A DNA stretch of 64,000 nt from contig NC_043004.1 in NCBI RefSeq assembly GCF_006345805.1, forward strand, positions 70,680,001 through 70,744,000, given 5' to 3'. Source of the stretch: Octopus sinensis. Taxonomy: Eukaryota. Numbering within the stretch: the stretch's first letter is position 1; each line of letters begins with the position of its first letter. A program made the position numbers and the translations under genes. The notes under the pieces are model-generated. The model was not told the DNA's origin and did not search any database. It saw only the letters and a program-made list of their open reading frames with translations. Below are positions 60,760 through 64,000 of this stretch, one piece after another.

Positions 60760-63741
60760 ATTTAAATCATCATTATCTAATGTCCACTCTCCCATGCTTG
60801 CAAGGGTCAAATGGATTTGTTGAGGCAGGTTTTCTATAGCTGGATGCCCTTCTTGTTGCCAATCCTTATCTGTTTCCAAGTGAAATAATATTTCCCCAGG
60901 ACCAGATGTGTTTTCCATGGAAGACTGGATACAAGCAACATCACTTGTTTGACAATAATGCTTATTTTCAAACATCATGTGATGTCAAGATAATTGCACA
61001 CACACACACACGCCCATACATACATATATGTGCATGTGTGTATACGTGTGTGTGTATGCCAGAATTCTTTCAGTTTCTGCTCATCAAATTCACTGAAAAG
61101 GCTTTGGTCATCCTGAGGCTAAAGAAGACACTTGCTTCAGATGCTGCACAGTGGGACCGAACCTAAGACCAAATGCCTTCACACACACACATGCATCATC
61201 ATATTTTATACTCGCTTTCCATGATGGCTCAGTAAAGCAGGTTGCAACAATCCTAAACAGGTCAGAGAACCACATCTTTCTTATCATATCTCTATTTTAA
61301 CATGGTTTCTTTGGCTGGATGTCCTGTCTAATACCAGCCATTTTAAAGAGTGTAGGAAGTATTGGCATCAACACTAGAGAGGTTACCATATTCTCCAAAA
61401 GACAAGAAAAGCTAAAGGGTTCACTCAACCTTATGCTGACTTTACTTACTGACCAACCACATTACAGGGTGTACTGGATGCGTTTTATCATAGCACCATC
61501 ACTGGTGAGGTTGCTTTGTACCCTGCAGGACAAAACAGGATCCTCACTATTGTATGTTGTTTCTTTTCAGGATAACATGACAAATAAATTGGTAAGGCAG
61601 GCAGGTGTGAGCAGGCATACTGAATGTAGTGCAATAAAAGACATTTTTAATCGAAGTTAACCCTTAATGAAAAGAAGTCATTAAAAATAAGAGATAATGA
61701 CAATCATTGTCAACTAAGGCAAAGGAGAGAAATATACATACGTATGTATGTATGTATGTTTACTTACATGTACTGGCTGTAGACGGACTCTGCATCAAGC
61801 TGAAGAAAGAAAGAAAGAAAGAAAATTTATGGACTTTAATGATAATTAAATAAACAATATTGTTTCAATACTGCAACAATATTAGTTTGAATTTAGAAAT
61901 TTATTTTTTAATTTCTACTAAATTCCTCTTTAAAATTAACTATGGAGGATTTTTATAGAATCAATAAAAAAATTAAATTATTACAATATTTATTAGAATA
62001 TAGTTGTAACAAAGCCATATTCAGAGGTAGAGTGCCTGTATCCTTGGTTATTTCTTTACATACATACACACACCACATACTCACTTTCACTTCCTGCCTC
62101 ACTCTCTCACATACACACACACACACACACACACATGAGCTACAGCAGTTTTTCTCCCTACAATATTTTACCCAAAGTGCTTTAGTAAACCCAAGATTTG
62201 TTAAAATAAATTTTCCAAAGACGCCCTTCACTCAGATTGATCCTGGAACCAAATGGTGGCAAAGTCCCCCCCCCTCTCTCTCTCTCTCTCACTGTGCGCA
62301 TGCATGCATGTGCTCAATGAGGAGGATGTTGTACTCTCAATCAGATTAAAACCGAAAACCTGTTACATACCTCAGTGACCTTAGTAAATGCCTTTAAAGC
62401 TGCTGTGTAACTGCCTCGATTAATGTAGGCCTCACCGAGGCATTCCCATATATGACTGTGTGGATAAAAGGGAAAAGGAATAAATAAAAGGACAAAGGTT
62501 TTAAATGTTTACAAATTGAAAACATAATTAATTCACAACCAGTCTTACAGTTATGGCTCAGCGGGGGAAAAACATTTACATGAGGGGGTACGGAAAAGTT
62601 CCGGGTTTTGGGTAAAAGCAAATACAAGAGAATCAGTTAATTATGATTTCTTTAACATATTCCCCTCTTAGATTCCCACATTAAGAGAACTCAGAAGGTT
62701 GGGCCTCCAAACAGGCCTTTTGTGATACCCTTAAAGCAAGAACTTTTCAGACATTTGCTCAACGTGCCATGCCCACCACCACCACCACCATCATATGGGT
62801 TGGATGGTTTGACTGGGCTGGCAAGCTGGAAGGCTACACAGGATCCAGTCTGATTTGGCATGGTTATCTATGGCTGGATGCCCTTCCTAACGCCAACTAC
62901 TCCAAGAGTGTAATGGGTGTTTTACGCACCACTGGCACGGGTGCCATTTGCATGACACCAGTATCTGCCACGACTGCAATTTTGCTCAGCTTGATGGGTC
63001 TTCTTCTCATGCACAACATAATGCCAAAGATCTTGGTCATTGCCTCCATGAGGCCCAACACTCGAAAGGGGTTTGACCACTTTGCCTCCATGAGGCCAAC
63101 ACTCAAAAGGAACTCAGCCACTTTGCCTGAATACAAAGAGCTGAAGTAAATCTAAATCAGGAATTGTGGTTGTTGGTCGCAGTCATTGGTGGTGCTATGC
63201 AAATGACATCCATGAATCGTCAGGGTTGCTGCTGGTGCCATGTAAATGCCACCCACCCATGAATTGTAGTTGTGGTCGTTGATGGTGTCATGTAAATGGC
63301 ACCCGTGCTGGTGGCACGTAAGAGCACCCATTACATTCCTGGAGTGGTTGGTATTAGAAAGGGCATCTAGCTGTAGAAACAAGGTCAAATCAGACTGGAA
63401 CCTGGTGCAGCTCTCCATCTCATAAGCTCCAGTCAAACCATCTAACCCATGCCAGCATGAAGAGCAGGTTTTAAATGATGATGATCATTGGAGAATCTAG
63501 GCAAAGTTGACCATGGCAGTATTTGAATTCAAATTGCAGCGAAATGGTAAAAATATTGCAAGAAAGTCAACTTGATATCCTAACAACACTGCCAATTTAT
63601 CACCATTAACAACAGGATTTGCAAAATACTTACAAATCAAGAGGATCGGGACGCAGAGCAGCTTGGAAAGAAATAACAGCATTATTGGGGTCCTCATTCT
63701 TCAAATATTTCAATCCTAACCGTAACCAAGCCCATTTAGCA
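12701..63741 (-). CDS. TTC37: TTC37/SKIC3 (Ski3 homolog, TPR protein of the SKI complex), 3' part; 28 coding exons, 5' end outside the window
   Basis: The spliced translation matches recalled human TTC37 motifs in order: [92 protein letters not shown], and C-terminal DTR. All 27 introns are phase-compatible (26 GT-AG, 1 GC-AG). Exon sum is 3043 nt, ending in TAA. Confidence 0.95.
12829..14353 (+). repeat. maT/mariner transposase 3' fragment within a tandem ~538-bp unit (2 full + 1 partial copy), followed by an inverted ~220-bp copy
   Basis: [16 protein letters not shown]...[18 protein letters not shown]; units start near 12936, 13474 and 14012; 14131-14353 is the reverse complement of about 13245-13467. 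Confidence 0.85.
14543..15010 (-). mobile_element. RTE-LINE 3'-end fragment; similar pieces near 4488-4645, 15449-15578, 23393-23622, 25535-25820, 31703-32030, 32155-32305, 40911-41270, 53045-53375, 58965-59305, 63180-63485
   Basis: Same 3' UTR and (GAT)n tail as the element at 32372-33238. Confidence 0.8.
15823..15958 (-). CDS. TTC37: TTC37 exon 27: [45 protein letters not shown]
   Basis: 136 nt; aligns to human ASTARWYLLRHL. Confidence 0.87.
17694..17827 (-). CDS. TTC37: TTC37 exon 26: [44 protein letters not shown]
   Basis: 134 nt; gtaagt donor; aligns to human QEATTEALKLCFCPLA. Confidence 0.87.
19440..19503 (-). CDS. TTC37: TTC37 exon 25: [21 protein letters not shown]
   Basis: 64 nt; tttcag acceptor, gtaagt donor; aligns to human KLSSLLRLALLALK. 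Confidence 0.87.
19581..19975 (+). mobile_element. Non-autonomous Helitron
   Basis: 5' TC, 3' CTAG, subterminal hairpin CCCGAGCAACGCCGGG, inserted between A and T without TSD; three copies in the window. Confidence 0.85.
22333..22421 (-). CDS. TTC37: TTC37 exon 24: [29 protein letters not shown]
   Basis: 89 nt; aligns to human QGMMRAAEMCYRKSLQLA. Confidence 0.86.
24242..24385 (-). CDS. TTC37: TTC37 exon 23: [48 protein letters not shown]
   Basis: 144 nt; ends WQ like human PAWQ; gtatgt donor. Confidence 0.87.
24546..24649 (-). CDS. TTC37: TTC37 exon 22: [34 protein letters not shown]
   Basis: 104 nt; ctacag acceptor, gtgagc donor. Confidence 0.85.
26342..26528 (+). ncRNA. Tandem pair (145-nt period) of decayed minimal type-I hammerhead ribozyme motifs
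   Basis: CTTTG-CTGACAA-stem II-GAAAC-AT-GTC-CAAAG and CTTCA-CTAATGA-...-GAAAT-AT-GTC-CAAAG. Confidence 0.5.
26767..26907 (-). CDS. TTC37: TTC37 exon 21: [46 protein letters not shown]
   Basis: 141 nt; tttacag acceptor, gtaaga donor; open in the required phase. Confidence 0.85.
27716..28835 (+). mobile_element. Array of five ~215-bp mariner-derived MITEs (TIR like TAYGAGGGGGTGCTGAAAAGTTCCTGGCTTT); single copies near 33527-33750, 38258-38464, 62578-62750
   Basis: TIRs; the internal sequence encodes a mariner C-terminus ([19 protein letters not shown]); includes a near-identical ~440-450-bp tandem duplication. Confidence 0.8.
28934..29045 (-). CDS. TTC37: TTC37 exon 20: [37 protein letters not shown]
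   Basis: 112 nt; aligns to human IQKAALLSP. Confidence 0.88.
29385..29820 (+). repeat. Degenerate (GGT)n low-complexity tract
   Basis: Direct reading. Confidence 0.9.
30021..30194 (-). CDS. TTC37: TTC37 exon 19: [29 protein letters not shown]...QQLDESLNK (ends at a GC donor)
   Basis: 174 nt; AAG|GCAAGT donor gives the phase 0 required by exon 20. Confidence 0.85.
30402..30579 (-). CDS. TTC37: TTC37 exon 18: [34 protein letters not shown]...AAEFFAK
   Basis: 178 nt; matches human ESLQALCALGL. Confidence 0.92.
31206..31612 (+). mobile_element. Tandem pair of SINE family B (AAGGTGGCGAGCTGGCAGAAAC...GAGTTCAAATT...GCCTTTCATCCTTTCGGGGTCGATAAA); other copies near 87-303, 3550-3770, 16145-16380, 22725-22953, 23885-24100, 24745-24980, 43925-44135, 49560-49780, 55575-55915 (mostly minus strand)
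   Basis: B-box GAGTTCAAATT; conserved central segment; many copies; the pair is flanked by the direct repeat CAATATTATTTAAGCAAT (31183-31200, 31612-31629). Confidence 0.8.
32372..33238 (+). mobile_element. 5'-truncated RTE-clade LINE: C-terminal ORF, 3' UTR with internal GCCGGTGGCACGTAAAAAGCAC repeats, and (GAT)n tail
   Basis: Translation ...EASMLRWMC...[21 protein letters not shown]...GRGRPRK(T)WDEVV..DLRTLGL, a typical RTE C-terminus with two 1-nt frameshifts; ends in (GAT)n. Confidence 0.88.
33860..33977 (-). CDS. TTC37: TTC37 exon 17: [38 protein letters not shown]
   Basis: 118 nt; TPR-like; gtgtgt donor gives the phase required by the next exon. Confidence 0.87.
34326..34368 (+). ncRNA. 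Decayed type-I hammerhead ribozyme motif within an inverted repeat
   Basis: CAGT-CTGATGA-TGGCTTAGCTGTCC-AAAAC-TACGAA-GTC-ACTG; stem I CAGT/ACTG; G12 is mutated to A. Confidence 0.5.
35319..35446 (-). CDS. TTC37: TTC37 exon 16: [42 protein letters not shown]
   Basis: 128 nt; TPR-like; aligns to human GFALALFMKG. Confidence 0.9.
35525..36432. mobile_element. DNA element with about 110-bp imperfect TIRs carrying a nested retroposon fragment
   Basis: GGAATTCTGGTTTAACATCCCCATTTAACTTT... is mirrored by ...AAGTTAAATGAAGTGCTTAAACCAGAATCC. Confidence 0.6.
35745..36127 (-). mobile_element. GC-rich retroposon 3' fragment with (CAAGAAGA)-type tail and 11-bp TSD
   Basis: AGACATGTATT at 35734-35744 and 36128-36138; simple-repeat tail at the minus-strand 3' end. 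Confidence 0.65.
36818..37210 (-). mobile_element. Non-autonomous Helitron (same family)
   Basis: Reverse complement of 19581-19975; A|TC...CTAG|T on the minus strand. Confidence 0.85.
37852..37935 (-). CDS. TTC37: TTC37 exon 15: [27 protein letters not shown]
   Basis: 84 nt; gtgagt donor; phase-consistent. Confidence 0.88.
37963..38213. mobile_element. Tc1/mariner-type MITE (TA TSD, TIR CAGGTTGTYCATAAATTACCTTTACAA); degenerate second copy near 38470-38706
   Basis: TA|CAGGTTGTTCATAAATTACCTTTACAA...TTGTAAAGGTAATTTATGGACAACCTG|TA. Confidence 0.75.
38796..39165 (+). repeat. Degenerate tandem repeat, about 3 x 120-130 bp
   Basis: ACATTAGATAATG(T/G)AGTCTTAGATAYACTATGTCTAAAT recurs near 38796, 38925 and 39040. 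Confidence 0.7.
39213..39306 (-). CDS. TTC37: TTC37 exon 14: [30 protein letters not shown]
   Basis: 94 nt; AG/GT boundaries; matches human ERIQNYAPAFTMLG. Confidence 0.92.
39369..39588. mobile_element. piggyBac-like MITE with TTAA TSD
   Basis: TTAA|CCCTTTTGTAAC...GTAACGAAAGGG|TTAA. Confidence 0.75.
39914..40283 (+). mobile_element. tRNA-derived SINE nested in a piggyBac-like MITE
   Basis: Head TGGCTCAGTAGTTAGAGC...GAGTTTGATTCC; flanked by the direct repeat TATTTGACA(A/G)AATG; its 3' part recurs near 4670-4800. Confidence 0.65.
41562..41703 (-). CDS. TTC37: TTC37 exon 13: [47 protein letters not shown]
   Basis: 142 nt; matches human GYAYWVC...LYQYNILQM. Confidence 0.94.
41835..42244 (-). 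mobile_element. SINE family A, full-length copy
   Basis: Reverse complement of the family A consensus. Confidence 0.85.
42572..42974 (+). mobile_element. SINE family A, full-length copy (inverted relative to 41835-42244)
   Basis: Family A head, microsatellite and tail all present. Confidence 0.85.
43254..43328 (-). CDS. TTC37: TTC37 exon 12: [25 protein letters not shown]
   Basis: 75 nt; [10 protein letters not shown] motif. Confidence 0.95.
45748..45816 (-). CDS. TTC37: TTC37 exon 11: [23 protein letters not shown]
   Basis: 69 nt; close to human [22 protein letters not shown]. Confidence 0.95.
45940..46242 (-). mobile_element. tRNA-derived SINE (distinct family) with 11-bp TSD
   Basis: Minus-strand head TGGCCTAGTGG...GAGTTCGAATC; CACTCTTGTAT at 45929-45939 and 46243-46253. 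Confidence 0.8.
47889..48284 (+). mobile_element. Non-autonomous Helitron (same family)
   Basis: A|TCTTTATATATAAAAG...CCCGAGCAACGCCAGGCGATACTGCTAG|T. Confidence 0.85.
48389..48445 (-). CDS. TTC37: TTC37 exon 10: [19 protein letters not shown]
   Basis: 57 nt; WTNLGxLYL motif; gtaagt donor. Confidence 0.93.
48930..49145. repeat. Near-perfect ~215-bp palindrome containing a type-I hammerhead-like motif (Penelope pLTR-like)
   Basis: Arms of about 105 bp centred near 49037; CTGAAGA (49061)...GAAAC (49099)...GTT. Confidence 0.75.
50030..50094 (-). CDS. TTC37: TTC37 exon 9: [21 protein letters not shown]
   Basis: 65 nt; LAQHCF motif; gtaagt donor. Confidence 0.92.
51679..51917 (-). CDS. TTC37: TTC37 exon 8: [23 protein letters not shown]...[21 protein letters not shown]
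   Basis: 239 nt; TPR motifs; overlaps ORF 51653..51874. Confidence 0.94.
54600..55350 (+). repeat. ~750-bp polypurine (GA-rich) low-complexity tract with GAGGGAGTGAGAGA subunits
   Basis: Direct reading; it produces the spurious S/L/P-rich ORFs 54423..55364 and 54469..55497. Confidence 0.95.
55434..55532 (-). CDS. TTC37: TTC37 exon 7: [32 protein letters not shown]
   Basis: tttcag acceptor, gtaaga donor, 99 nt, phase 2-2; aligns to human ...LKKNELLHLGGR. Confidence 0.82.
56151..56243 (-). CDS. TTC37: TTC37 exon 6: [30 protein letters not shown]
   Basis: 93 nt; matches human RADVSCLWKLAGDACT. Confidence 0.92.
57810..57912 (-). CDS. TTC37: TTC37 exon 5: [33 protein letters not shown]
   Basis: AG/GT boundaries, 103 nt, phase-consistent. 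Confidence 0.9.
60551..60651 (-). CDS. TTC37: TTC37 exon 4: [33 protein letters not shown]
   Basis: AG/GT boundaries, 101 nt; DYVPALKG motif. Confidence 0.93.
61768..61799 (-). CDS. TTC37: TTC37 exon 3 (32-nt small exon): [10 protein letters not shown]
   Basis: Long polypyrimidine tract plus cag, gtaagt donor; bridges phase 0 to phase 2; matches human LNPESIYS. Confidence 0.88.
62371..62455 (-). CDS. TTC37: TTC37 exon 2: [28 protein letters not shown]
   Basis: cag acceptor, gtatgt donor, 85 nt; matches human [23 protein letters not shown]. Confidence 0.93.
63634..63741 (-). CDS. TTC37: TTC37 exon (window exon 1): [35 protein letters not shown]
   Basis: ttgcag acceptor, gtaagt donor, 108 nt; matches human AKWAWLRRG...LQAALRADP. 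Confidence 0.92.
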
Positions 63742-63849
63742 CTGCAATAAAGAAAAAAACAAAACAATATAAACATTAATAAAAACAAAACACTGAAATA
63801 GTATTTAATATATTACACGAAGATTATTGGTGTTGATGTATAGACAACC

Positions 63850-64000
63850 AGATCTATGATCCATGGATGTTTTTATCAAACAGATCTATAAGCTATGGCT
63901 GTCCTTATCAAGCAGATTTATATAAGCTATGACTACCTTGATCAACAAGATCAATAAGCTACAGCTGATTAAGATCAATAACTCATGGCTCTCTTGATCA
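63850..64000 (+). repeat. Degenerate ~32-bp tandem repeat (AGATCTATAAGCTATGGCT...TTATCAA)
   Basis: About five diverged units running off the window end. Confidence 0.55.

Overview
Eukaryotic, AT-rich and microsatellite-rich genomic DNA. The repeat families (tRNA-headed SINEs, RTE 3' ends with (GAT)n tails, mariner/maT relics) look like those of an octopus (coleoid cephalopod); the taxon is an inference. The window is dominated by one intron-rich gene on the minus strand, the 3' two-thirds of TTC37/SKIC3 (Ski3, TPR scaffold of the SKI complex). I reconstructed 28 coding exons by hand from 63741 down to the TAA stop at 12701 (3043 nt, about 1013 aa). All splice phases are consistent, and one intron needs a GC-AG donor. 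The 5' exons lie beyond the window. Everything else is transposon debris and simple repeats: three or four SINE families, RTE LINE fragments, DD37D (maT) and mariner relics and MITEs, piggyBac-like TTAA MITEs and three non-autonomous Helitrons. The most notable non-coding signal is a set of minimal type-I hammerhead-ribozyme motifs of Penelope/retrozyme type, mostly decayed, in tandem or palindromic arrangement inside the introns. A tandem triplication plus inversion sits in the last intron. Nearly all entries in the supplied ORF track are artefacts of microsatellites and SINEs. Repeat boundaries are approximate unless a TSD or TIR is quoted.
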